From Octopus vulgaris (Eukaryota): a DNA stretch of 64,000 nt. Where the stretch lies: positions 139,438,001-139,502,000 of the forward strand of contig OX597816.1 of the NCBI GenBank assembly GCA_951406725.2, read 5' to 3'. Below the pieces are notes generated by a model. That model saw only the letters and a list, made by a program, of their open reading frames with translations. It made no database searches and had not been told where the DNA came from. A program made the position numbers and the translations under genes. Shown here piece after piece: positions 13,460 through 25,226 of this stretch; the stretch's first letter is position 1, and each line of letters begins with the position of its first letter.

Positions 13460-14114
13460 CAGTCAGGTCAACTATGGGGACATGCACCGTTGCACCACGT
13501 CGCTGCATTCACCATTTGTCGCGGTATGTGCCCCGGTCCTCCTGGTCCTCAAGCAGAGTCTCAGTCAGTTCTCGTCTCCACGAGATAGCTCTCCTCATCT
13601 GCCGTGACCATGTGGAATATGGTTCGAATAACATGAGGCGTCAACCCAGCGGGATCCTCAGTGAAAAGAACACAGTAAACAGGGTTTAACTCGGAAAGTT
13701 GAGCAACTTAGCCAAACAGTCTCAGCAGGGTCTAACTCGGTAAGTCGAGCAACATGACCAAACAGTCTCAGCAGGGTCTAACTCGGAAAGTCGAGCAACA
13801 TGGCCAAACAGTCTTCACAGGGTCTCACTCGGAAAGTCGAGCAACATGACCAAACAGTCTCCACAGGGTCTCACTCGGAAAGTCGAGCAACATGGCCAAA
13901 CAGTCTCAGCAGGGTCTAACTCGGAAAGTCGAGCAACATGGCCAAACAGTCTTCACAGGGTCTCACTCGGAAAGTCGAGCAACATGGCTAAACAGTCTCC
14001 ACAGGGTCTAACTCGGAAAGTCGAGCAACATGGCCAAGCAGTCTCAGCAGGGTCTAACTCGGAAAGTCGAGCAACATGGCCAAACAGTCTCAGCTGGTGC
14101 TCCCGAATCATACA
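13460..14114 (-). mobile_element. RTE-clade LINE, 3' segment (non-inverted part), containing the 46-bp array
   Basis: Minus strand translates CMIREHQ-LRLFGHVARLSELDP-VYCVLFTEDPAG and later VNAATWCNGACP, then a TGACCTGAC tail. Confidence 0.8.
13680..14093. repeat. Tandem array, 9 x 46 bp, derived from RTE coding sequence
   Basis: Unit CAGGGTCTAACTCGGAAAGTCGAGCAACATGGCCAAACAGTCTCAG starts every 46 bp from 13680 to 14048. Confidence 0.97.
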
Positions 14115-14816
14115 TGGATTAGATATTTGGCCGAATGGTGGCTCGATAAAGTTGTGGTGCGCTTATTGGCAAAATTAGGATTACAGTCTTAGAATTTGCT
14201 GATGACACAAAATATGTATGCAGATTTATAACTTATCACTTAGCATTCCTCTTTCTCTCTCTGTATTCGTCTGGTACCCTTTTCTATGTCTCTTCACTGC
14301 CGAGTTTTGGGATGCTTTAAGTAGCACTCTCCTTTCACTGAGTGAAAGAACGGAACCACTTGGCCTTAGAGTCTCTAGGGTCAAGACAAAGATCCAGTCT
14401 TTTGTTGGTTTCTTGGAGTATTCCATCTTGTCTGTCTTTGTGGCGGGTGAGAATGTCGAAGTTATCGACCGACCGCTTCACTAATTTCGGCAGTGAGGTT
14501 CATAGTGGCATTAGCTGCGAGTCTAAAACAGACTTGGACGAGCCGGTGCAGTTGTTAACTCATTGTACAAGGATATTTGGCACAGCTGATGTCTTAGCAG
14601 GAGAACAAAGGTTCGGGCCTTTTGGTCTCTAGTTCTCCCTGCCCTGTTCTATAGTTGTGAGACATGAACACTGTCCGGAGCCTTTAGGAGCTGCCTGACC
14701 TCTTTTGGTACAAGGAGGCTTCGTAGGATTATGGGGTACCACTGGTCGGATTTCGGATCCAACGAACGACTCAGCTCAGAAATTGGGATGCATCCTGTTA
14801 CTTGTATGATTTGGGA
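14111..14816 (+). pseudogene. RTE-clade LINE reverse transcriptase fragment (inverted part)
   Basis: Translates MD*IFGR...ITVLEFADD, EPLGLRVSRVKTKIQ, RRIMGYHWSD and VTCMIWE, with stops and frameshifts. Confidence 0.85.
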
Positions 14817-14887
14817 ATGAGGGTTGTGTTAGTGTAAAAAGCTTGTGTCACTTGCCTGTAAAAAGGTCAGAGAAAAACTTTAACTCT

Positions 14888-15076
14888 TCACCACAGCCAC
14901 CTTTATCACCACCACCACTACCACCACCACCACCACCACCACCACCACCACCACCACCACCACCACCACCACTTCCACCACCACCACCACCACCACAACC
15001 ACCACTTCCACCACAACCACCACCACCACCACCATCACCACCACCACCACCACCACCACCACCACCACCACAACAA

Positions 15077-15107
<31 letters not shown>

Positions 15108-15410
15108 AATAGCACCACTATCAACACCACCAGCACCAGCACCGCCGTTGCCGCCGCCACAGACGTCGCTTCCACAGTTGCCACTGTAGAAAGAATTGTC
15201 AACACAGCCACTACTGCCTCCTCCTCAATCTTCACTTACTCCCATTAGCAACCACTTGCTATGCTCTTTCCCTGTCCAATCACAACAATTACAGCAATCA
15301 CCACCACGATGACTACTATCACCACCACCATCGTCGTCGTCATCATCATCATCATCACCACTACCACCACCACTACCACCACCATCATTAACCACAACAA
15401 CAACAATACC
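14888..15410. repeat. (CCA)n/(CAA)n/(CAT)n trinucleotide low-complexity tract
   Basis: Directly visible. Confidence 0.95.
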
Positions 15411-15546
15411 GACATGACCATTTCCCTCGTACTCGTCCTACGAACCTGTTTGTCCGTTTCACCTAATCTTTGTTTTATACGCCAAACGGGTGCCGTGACA
15501 CGTACGGTCGCTTACACACAAACACCCGATCCATACACGCACTCTC

Positions 15547-15591
<45 letters not shown>

Positions 15592-16149
15592 ACAGACTCA
15601 TACAAACACAGAATCGCGCACACACATACACACACAGCACACAGTCAATGGTGCCAGACAAGAGAACTATACAATTTTTTTAGATTACAAACCAACTCGA
15701 TCTATCTTTAGTTATCACTTCTACAAACATGATGTCTGTCTACACCCTGGCAGACCACCCTGTTTGGCCACGTTGACAGCTAACGATCTTTTATACATAC
15801 ATTAACTGTATCCCACTCACACATCCACTTACATCTACCCTAACACTTTCAAATGTATACACACGTACGCACACGTACACCACGATATTCATATACCCAA
15901 GAATTTACACAGATGAAGTCATACACGAAGACGTTTGTCTTATACAGTTAACTTCGGTTTTCTGATGGCAATCGGGTTTTATTTAGTTGTTGAACAGTGA
16001 GGCGTTGCAGCCGTGACCATTGCTTTTTTTTCTGGAGATATGTAATCATTTGTGGTAGTGATGGCAGTTGTCACTATCTGTAATGATAGTATTGGTAGTG
16101 GTGGTGGTGGTGGTGGTGGTTGCGGTAGCGGTGGTGGTGACCCTTTGTG

Positions 16150-16705
16150 GTGGAGGTGGTGGTAGTAGAGGCGGCAGTGGAGGAAGTAGTAGTGGAAGTG
16201 GTGGTAGTAGAGGCGGCAGTGGGGGAAGTAGTAGTGGAGGTGGTGGTAGTAGAGGCGGCAGTTGAGGAAGTAGTAGTGGAGGTGGTGGTAGTAGAGGCGG
16301 CAGTGGAGGAAGTAGTAGTGGAGGTAGTGGTTAGTAGAGTTGGCAGTGGAGGAAGTAGTAGTGGAAGTGGTGGTAGTAGAGGCGGCAGTGGAGGAAGTAG
16401 TAGTGGAGGTGATGGTAGTAGAGGCGGCAGTGGAGGAAGTAGTAGTGGAAGTGGTGGTAGTAGAGGCGGCAGTGGAGGAAGTAGTAGTGGAGGTGGTGGT
16501 AGTAGAGGCGGCAGTGGAGGAAGTAGTAGTGGAGGTGGTGGTAGTAGAGGCGACAGTGGAAGAAGTAGTAGTGGAAGTGGTAGTAGTAGAGGCGGCAGTG
16601 GAGGAAGTAGTAGTGGAGGTGGAAGTAGAGGCGGCAGTGGAGGAAGTAGTAGTGGAGGTGGTGGTAGTAGAGGCGGCAGTGGAGGAAGTAGTAGTGGAGG
16701 TGGTG
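16150..16705. repeat. 42-bp purine-rich minisatellite, ~13 copies
   Basis: Unit AGAGGCGGCAGTGGAGGAAGTAGTAGTGGAGGTGGTGGTAGT at 16167, 16209 and onward. Confidence 0.92.
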
Positions 16706-16889
16706 TTAGTGGTGATATTGGTGGCGGTAGTGATGGTGATAGAGGTTGTGGTAGTGGTGATATTAGTGGAGATGGTGGTGGTGGTGGTGGTGAATGGTTA
16801 TCTTCAAGAATGAACGTTTAACTCTCATTTGCTCACATTATTTAACGTGCCGTTTATCACATTAAACAACATTTATAGTTAAGTGATAT

Positions 16890-17425
16890 ACAAGCTTGCA
16901 TCTAAGCACATAGTTCCGAGTTCAGTTCCACTGCGTGACACGTCCGGCCCGACCAAAGCCTTCTGAGTCTATTTGGTGCGAGTGTGTTTGTGAGTCTTTG
17001 TGTCTGTGTTGTCCATCCATCATCGCTAAACAACCAGCATTGGTGTGTTTATCGGCAAAGGGACCGATAGTCACAAAGAGACCTATTTCTTTACTACCCA
17101 CAAAGGGCTAAACACAGAGGGGACAAACAAGGACAGACAAACGGATTAAGTCGATTACATCGACCTCAGTGCGTAACTGGTACTTAATTTATCGACCCCG
17201 AAAGGATGAAAGGCAAAATCGACCACGGCGGAATTTGAACTCAGAACGTAACTGCAGACGAAATACCGCTAAGCATTTCGCCCGGTGTGCTAACGATTCT
17301 GCCCGATAGAATAGTCACCAGATTTTAAAAAATATAAAGTACTGTGGCCAATTCGTTCGACTAAAGTTCTTCAAGACGATACCCCAGCATCGCCGCAGTC
17401 AAATGACCGAAATAAAGCAAGAGAA
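16890..17425 (+). mobile_element. SINE family A, degraded, interrupted by a family B copy
   Basis: A-family homology at 16890-17070 resumes at 17303; CCGATAG occurs on both sides of the insert. Confidence 0.75.
17083..17302 (-). mobile_element. SINE family B, young subfamily, nested in SINE A
   Basis: Close match to the units at 19831-20243. Confidence 0.88.
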
Positions 17426-17667
17426 AATTACTATTTCTATTAGACAGCTATCAGAGTTGTTGCTGTTGGTATTCAGGCTAAAGTAACAATGATTAGAGGA
17501 AGGTTTAGCCGATATTTGTAAAAGACCGTGCGACCTCCGTACGACTACATCGTTAGTTCGAATCTGGCTTATAGACGGCTAATGTAGTGTATGCGTTTAC
17601 ATGTCAGTTTTGTCTTTGTTCAATTGTGAAATGCGTGATTTTTTTTCTCATGTATTGTATATCTTCC

Positions 17668-17770
17668 ATCTTTTACGTGTTTCAGTCATTAGACTGCGGC
17701 CATGCTGGGACACCTCCCTAAAAAATTTTAATCGAGTTACGGGGGTGTAAATACATTGGCATTGGGACAC

Positions 17771-17802
<32 letters not shown>

Positions 17803-17945
17803 TATACATGACAGGCTTCTTTCAGTTTCCGCCTACGAATTCTACGCACAAGGCTTTGATTGGCCCGAGGTTCCACTGAGTGGGACTGAATCCAGAACCA
17901 TGTGGTTGGCAACCAAGCTTCTAACCACACAGCCAGGTCTGCACC
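17668..17945 (-). mobile_element. SINE family A with internal deletions
   Basis: GTTTCAGTCATTAGACTGCGGCCATGCTGG 3' end and head are both present. Confidence 0.8.
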
Positions 17946-18559
17946 TATGCGCGAAATATTTTAAACGTAATATCAGCCAGTCACAGTGAGCATACGACTG
18001 TTCGTCAGTGAGACCCGACAAGAAAGACAGTAGACTCCAATCAGTGAATAATACTTTTTGAAGTATATCTAATCTACACAACACTTTATTCAGCAATTCC
18101 TTTCACTTAGCAACGGATTCTTGTGAAACGACTATTGTTATTATAAATAGCTATTACAACCGCTACTATTACCATTACAGCTGTCAGTGTTATTACTACT
18201 GGTACCCAAGACTGGAAACTATTCTTTAAGACAAGCAATATCGAACAAGGAGATGTTTGTAAGTATTGTCATGGGAATCGTTCAGTTCCGTTTCTATTAT
18301 TGCCAGAGGACAGCATATCTTACGTGTATGAAAGTGAAGACGCAAAGTATACAGAAATGTAATTAAACTGAAGCAAACTCTTCCAGTTAACTGTAAGCAT
18401 AAAATAATTGACAAATGCTTACGGTTTAAATTATTTGATATCACATCTTTTGATTTGCATGCTCAGGATTGATGTTGCACTTTTGAAAATGTTTAGAGCA
18501 AAATCCCGACAATGTACAAGTATTGGAAATTCTTATTAACCAACTGTATTCCTACAAGG

Positions 18560-18840
18560 TGGAGGCGCAATGGCCCAGTGGTTAGGGCAGCGGACTTGCG
18601 ATCCCGATTCCTAGACCGGGCGTTGTGTGTGTTTATTGAGCGTAAACACCTAAAAGCTCCACGAGGCTCCGGTAGGGGTGGTGGTGACCCCTGTTGTACT
18701 CTTTCGCCACAACTTTCTCTCTTCCTGTTTCTTGAGTGACGCTGCGATGCACTGGCGTCCCGTCCAGCTGGGGGGAACACATACGCTACAGAAACCGGGA
18801 AACCAAGCCCATGAGCCAGGCTAGGCTTGAAAAGGGCGAC
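18560..18840 (+). mobile_element. tRNA-derived SINE (distinct family)
   Basis: GGAGGCGCAATGGCCCAGTGGTTAGGGCAGCGGACT head; 3' part CTGGCGTCCC..GAAACC..CCCATGAGCC resembles 1783-2040. Confidence 0.75.
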
Positions 18841-19344
18841 GTTTATCGTTATCGTATTTCTACAAGCATCTATCAAAATATACTATGAATGTTTTATTAA
18901 CAGTATCAAACTGGACACAATGTTCAACACTAGTACGAAGCTACTTTCCGTCACTTAAGTATTTATACATTTTATTCACGTTTTGCGATTTTCATGCAAA
19001 GATTGTTGTTTTTATGCAGCCACCAACATAGCCACAACCTTAGGGCTGAAACGTATAAAATAAATTAATCAGAATGCCCTTATTACAGGTTTATAACAGA
19101 ACACTATACATCATAGATTACTTGAATTTAGATTATTTAAATTTAGGGAGGCCAAATTATATATATGCACTAGCAGTGGACAGGCTCAAGTGCATATCAG
19201 TCGTTATCATCAACATATACTGCTAATACGTTATCAGAACCTTTGTAACATGCTCAATATGATCATAATGATTTTCTTCATCTGGCTGCTATTAGAAAGG
19301 GTTATAAATGCGTTTTACGGTGGTAGTAATATTTAACGGTTTAA

Positions 19345-20243
19345 AAATTTGGCACAAGGCCAGCAGTTTTAAAGGAAGGAGTAAGTCGATTACATAGATC
19401 TGAGTGCTTGACTGGTACTTATTTTATCGACCCCAAAAAGGGCTGGAAGGCAAAGCCGACCTCGGCGGCGTTTCTTCCGCACTTATGTAGAAGAAAGAGT
19501 CTTTACTCAAAAACGAGTCAGTCTTAATAATAATTGTTTCTAAAATAAGTGCAAAGCCAGGAATTTTGGGGAGGGGTTATTCGGTTAAATCCACTCCTCT
19601 TCGTGACTAGTACTTCATTGTATCGACCCCACTGGGATGAAAAGGGCCAGAATGATTACCAAAGTCATTTTTTCTGATGCTCAGACGATTCTGCCAGATG
19701 TTCGTGGAAGTGGGTAAGTCGATTACATCAACCTCAGTGCTTAACTGGTACTTGTATTGACCCGAAAGGATGAAAAGCAAAGTCGAGCTCGGTAGAATTT
19801 GAACTCAGGACGTAAAGATGGACGAAATACCCATTTCTTTACTACCCACAATGAGCTAAACACAGAGAGGACAAACAAGGACAGACAAACGGATTAAGTC
19901 GATTATATCGATCCCAGTGCGTAACTGGTCCTTATTTAATCGACCCCGAAAGGATGAAAGTCAAACTTGACCTCGGCGGAATTTGAACTCAGAACGTAAC
20001 GGCAGACGAAATACCTATTTCTTTATTACCCACAAGGGACTACACACAGAGGAGACAAACAAGGAAAGAGAAACAGATTAAGTCGATTATATCGACCCCC
20101 AGTGCGTAACTGGTACTTATTTAATCGACCCCAAAAGGATGAAAGGCAAAGTCGACTTCGGCGGAATTTGAACTCAGAACGTAGCGGCAGACGAAATACC
20201 GCTAAGCATTTTATCCGGCATACTAACGGTTCTTCCAGCTTGC
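19345..20243 (-). mobile_element. Cluster of SINE family B copies, including tandem 184/185-bp units
   Basis: Units 19831-20014 and 20015-20199 plus a head to 20243; older partial copies at 19345-19470, 19540-19700 and 19710-19830. Confidence 0.88.
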
Positions 20244-20265
20244 AATAACAATAATAATAATGATG

Positions 20266-20356
<91 letters not shown>

Positions 20357-20372
20357 TGATGATAATAATAAA
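20244..20372. repeat. (AAT)n microsatellite
   Basis: Directly visible. Confidence 0.97.
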
Positions 20373-20653
20373 ATCTAGAGTCATATTTTTTACATTTGTA
20401 GCTGTTTCTGGTTCTCCTCAAAAGTCAGTTGCTACAACAACTATAATAAATAATAAAGATGTTGACATTTTAATTGATTTAGGATGTACAAAACATTTTT
20501 ATTTGCATCATTTTTGCCATTAATGTGAAATTGCCTCTCAAGTATACTCCTATTATTACTATGGATTCTTTGACACACAAGAAAACTAATTAGAGATTTT
20601 TTACTACGTGAGATGTTGCTTTTAATGTCAATATATATTCTTTTATTCTTTTA

Positions 20654-21450
20654 CTAGCAGCATAGCCCAGCGTTGCCCGGGTATGTAAGAGCCCCTAGTA
20701 GGCAACGACTAATCCCAATCTAGTTCTTTCCCTCTAGGGAACGAAGGCGCATGTGTAGGTTGCAATGTCTTCTCTTCACTCCCAAATAACTATCAAACAG
20801 CTATCGATAATTCAACCCAACCAATTCCTACCAGGAAGAAATTACATTCGAGACTTTACCCCCAACACCGCTAATAGCTGCTGCAGCCGCAAGTTATTCG
20901 AATACTTTTTTTGTTTACACTTTCTTTATAACTACCACCCCAAACGTTTTACCTTAAATTTTTGACGTACCCTAAGGGTCCTCGGACGCTACTTGCAAAC
21001 TCTTGGTTTATTATAAACCGCTTTTGTCGTGTGCACCAAAAAACCTTTTCCATTCGTTTGTTCAGTTTGGTCACTTTTGACTTTTTCGTTGTTGTCACTC
21101 ACATTGCTGCCCGCTCTTTTGCCGTTTTTGTACATTGTTATACATTTTGGGATACTTACCCCACGTGTTCCGAGAGTTAAAAAGGTCTAGTTGCATCCCC
21201 TAGACAGTCTGTAGAAAATGTGTTGCATATAAAAAGCTTAGATTCTCGACCCATGTCGAATTTATCGATTTTTTTCAGAACTGGGGGAACTTTTCAAAAT
21301 TTTCGCTGCGTTAGTTTTGAATTATGACATTGGGCTATGTGTGTGTCAAGTTTCATCAGAATCGATTGAAAGCCGTGGTCAGGGTGAGGGTACAACCTGA
21401 CAGACACACAGACACACAGACAGACAAACTACCGTTTATATATAGAGAGA
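20654..21450 (-). mobile_element. Non-autonomous Helitron (family H1), long copy, 797 bp
   Basis: Same TC/CTAG termini and hairpin as 7650-8097. Splits the 3' end of a SINE A (TTTTATTCTTTTA|TATGTTTCAGCC). Confidence 0.9.
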
Positions 21451-23356
21451 TATGTTTCAGCCTTGAGGCTGCGGCCATGCTGGGGCAAATTTTAACAATT
21501 TTTTTGGTACTCAATTTGCTAGGGCAAAGTCTTACGTATCATTTATAATTGTACGTCCTTTTAAATTGTGTGAGGAGGCGAGTGGTTAAAACGGACGGAC
21601 TATCCAAAACGACGCTTGGAAATAGGATTTCCAGATATTATTTAACTCTTTGGTTGTCCTAAGCATTTTCATAAGTTTGTCCTAAAGGTTCATACTTGTT
21701 TTCAGACTTTTAGTTAGCCCTTGTTTCATACGTTCTGAATAATATGAAATTTTCCTTTCATAAGTCTCAAGTTATTCTAGTGGTCGAAACAAAATGGAGT
21801 GTGTATTATATATGATGCATGAACACAAGGGAAATATGTTTTGTGTATCACATGTGACACACAGGACAGTCAAAATGTTAACCTCAATAATAGTTCCTTA
21901 ACATGTGACGCCGACCATCACGTATTCTGCTGTAAATGAAATAATCAGGAGAGTGCGATGAACAAATCTCTCCTCTCTTAATAGATATTTGATCAAATAA
22001 ATTATAGCTGCCGGGGAGCTAAGAGAAAAAGGCTTGCACAGTGAAGAATTCTTCTATAAACCTATGAATTCGTGAAAGAGTTAGAATCCTTTCATAAAAT
22101 GTAGAGATTAGATATAATGGTATTTCACCTACAATCTCAAAATTAATGGTATATGCAACTGAAAGTAACTACAGAGTACTATTCAATTATTCAATACTAT
22201 GAATCACCTCAGATTCTGTCGACTCATATCTATGAATTTCCTGGTTTTGCACCACAGTCACTTGTATCCTATACACCTACATTCACAATTCAGAACGATG
22301 TTCAATTTTTGTATGGTTCACATTTCTGCAATTTTTCCTATTATTGTTCGTTTGCTTTTGACAAACCTTCTAAGGGGTAATGAGGGTGTTGCAAATCGCT
22401 CACTAGATTCTTATCCAAGATTCAAATCCTAGGCTAGACTTTTCTACGAGTTCCTTTCTATTGTTCTTGATATTTGTACTAAGAAATTTAGGAGAGTAAA
22501 CGGTTACATATATTCTATTCTTTAACTAACCATTTCACGTCAAACTTAGGTCAAGATAGATAACAGACAAAAGTTATCCTTTGTCTAGCCTGACCTAATT
22601 TAGTTATGAGAAAATATAAATACAGAGCCCAAATTCAGGTCTTTCTCCTTTCGTTTGTCTCCCATGGAAGAAGCGCTTCATGCAAGGGACAAGACAACTT
22701 TCTCCCTCTTTACTTGTCAACACAGTGAGGTAAATTATTTTAATCTTTCTCTCTCCGTCTTCCATCCGCACTCCTAGCAGTCAGCAAAAGATGAATTTAT
22801 CTACCTACAGAATGGGTAACAGGACTGCAAATAATCTCTGTATAACAACTCGATGATGTTATATTTTGCATTGTAACAATGAAAATGAAGGCCATAATCA
22901 ATTAACATTTTCTTCCTTTCACCTATCTGCTACATATAATCGTTACCAATAGTAATCTGTAGTTACTTTCAAACATTATGATCGGCCTGCTGATTGTATT
23001 GTTATCATCACACAAATTGTTTAATATTTCAGCTAAAACCTCAAAATTCTTTAATATACAAATGTATTTGTATATATACGCTCTATTCAGAACAGTGATT
23101 TTTCTAACCGTAACAACTTCTGAGGCTTTGTAAGTTGAATTATGTTTACATTTTAAAATATAATCGTTGCGATTTTACCCACCCCTGTCAACGCTGCTCG
23201 TTAATTAACATGTGATTTTAAGGAATTAAGTGAGTTGGGGACATTCTTGTGTATCAAACAGACGTCTTTGAGCACCTGTTAACTTTGTATAATCCAAGTT
23301 TAAAGTCGGCAAACATTTGACAAATATAGCATAAAACCAAAATTACTAAAATATAT

Positions 23357-23441
23357 AAAGGTTGTCTGTATTCAGCCGGATGTTTTATATAAGGAGTAAG
23401 TACTTGTAATATAGAACATCCGGTCGAATACCATAAACTTT
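23357..23441 (+). ncRNA. Candidate pre-miRNA-like hairpin
   Basis: GTATTCAGCCGGATGTTTTATAT pairs with ATATAGAACATCCGGTCGAATAC with G:U pairs and one mismatch; lower stem present and ~9-nt loop. Confidence 0.35.
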
Positions 23442-23789
23442 TCCGTTGACTGACCCCCACTACACAACGAAACTATAAATTTCTCTTATCCCTGTTATTC
23501 TTTTATGCCTAAGATAAGTTACGGCATATGATTAGAGCTATACAATTTTCATAGTGTTAAGCAAATGGATAGATATATCTTTCTAACATTGCATCGCCGA
23601 ACTTAACCAACATGTTATACCCGCCTTCCTTCTCTTTGTAACCCTAACTGTACAAGAAACAAATAATTTAATTCTTTACTTTTAGACCATCCCTCGGTTT
23701 TCTTTGTATAATTCGCACTAAAATTGTACAATTCACCCATCCAAGAGAACTTGTCAGGCATTGCTCCTAGTATTTTGGCTAATTTTTAC

Positions 23790-24900
23790 TAATTTAGGTG
23801 TAAGGCCAGCAATTAGGTGTAAGGCCTGGGGTTTAGGCGAAGGTAGAAGTCTCATTACTAAATGGTATGTTAGCCAATCGATTCTGGAGGAATGAAAGAC
23901 AAAGTTAACCTTAGCGCAATTTGAAATCAGAACGTAACCAGGCTTGGACCTGCAAAACTCTAAACAATATCATTACCTTTGCAGTTCCACTTATGATGAA
24001 ATCGAATATTAAGAACGGATATATAGAGTGAAAGAGTGCTTCATTAGTACTGAGCTGGTACTTCACTTATCGACCCCAAAGGGGTGTAAGATAATGTTAA
24101 CCATGGTGGGATTTGAACTCAGAGCTTCGAGAGTAAGAACAAATATCGCAAAGTATCCTATCTGAAGCTCTAATAATTCTGTCAATTGATTATCTTCGTG
24201 TAGCTATACTACATTTCCCTGAAATAACAGTAACTCCCTGTAATTTCCATCCTAATGGCCCTTTTATCTAACTGCTGAAACTTATATCAGTCACAGTGAG
24301 GTCCTGAGAAGGGGAAACATTGTCGTATTCTTTGTATGACTAATCAATTTTTTAAAATATGAACGCTGCAGTTAGTTTGCATACGTAAATATTGGTTTCA
24401 AATTTTGGCACAAGGCCAGCAATTTCCAAACGATTCGGCCAGCTCGCCGCCTTAGCTTGCATGAAGAATTATTGGCATCTTACTACTAAACGTAGCATTT
24501 CTCTGAGTCACCGAGAGCGTTATCTAATTAATCTTTTCTCTCTTTCATCCTTTCCTTTTATTTCTCTATTTAATCTCTTTCTAATTCCTATTCTTGAACC
24601 CTTACTTCCTGCTGAGTTTGTTGGTGTCCCGTGTGGTATGACTAGGACATTTTTAAAACTGCCGGAGCCTACACCTCTTCAGGCAGAAACACAGCCATTC
24701 CCTTCGAGGGAAAAGTAGAGAGAGAAATACAAAAAATGAAAGCGTAAAAAACTTGTAGGGAGAGGAGACAACTCAGAAAGTGCTTTTTTTATCGACCATG
24801 AAAGGATGAACGCAAGGTTTGCTTAGACAGAATTTGAAGTCGTAACGAATACCGCAAAGCAATCGAGCGGCCTCTCTAATGATTGTACAAATTCGCCATC
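23790..24900 (-). mobile_element. Several old SINE family B fragments
   Basis: B-core motifs near 23790-23940, 24050-24190, 24395-24452 and 24785-24900. Confidence 0.6.
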
Positions 24901-25129
24901 TTATCTCCCTAATCTATAATACAAATTGAACATGGGTGATCGTTGTATTCTTTCTTGTCTTGAGGTTCACAGCCAAATGTGAAAAATGGCACACATGTGG
25001 AGACGGGTGCATAGATTGGAATGCGGTTTGCATTTTTTCTTAGCATCCATACTTACCGAGAAAATCAATTAAGACTTTCCTAATGGAATTCCCCTCTTTC
25101 TTCCGCCATTACAACAAACAGTTGCTTAG

Positions 25130-25226
25130 AAGCCGTTTTCTGACGGGGTGGGGTCAGGATATTTTCATATAGCTGGAGGCCCCAATCGAAACAGGGGACC
25201 CGAAATGATAAGGTTGAGAAACGCTG
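25130..25226. mobile_element. Possible small hAT-type MITE remnant
   Basis: Right end GGTTGAGAAACGCTG with a degenerate left end AAGCCGTTTTCTGAC. Confidence 0.35.

Noticed and set aside
13680-14093. CRISPR-like array
   Set aside because: No unique spacers and no cas genes; the context is eukaryotic and the unit is LINE coding sequence.
14843-15112. Poly-Pro/poly-Gln formin-like ORF
   Set aside because: Pure CCA/CAA repeat with no flanking domain or splice support.
16068-16821. Gly/Ser-rich structural protein ORF
   Set aside because: Minisatellite with frame-breaking indels between units.
22543-22600. Second miRNA-like hairpin
   Set aside because: Shorter stem with several mismatches; more likely a decayed inverted repeat.
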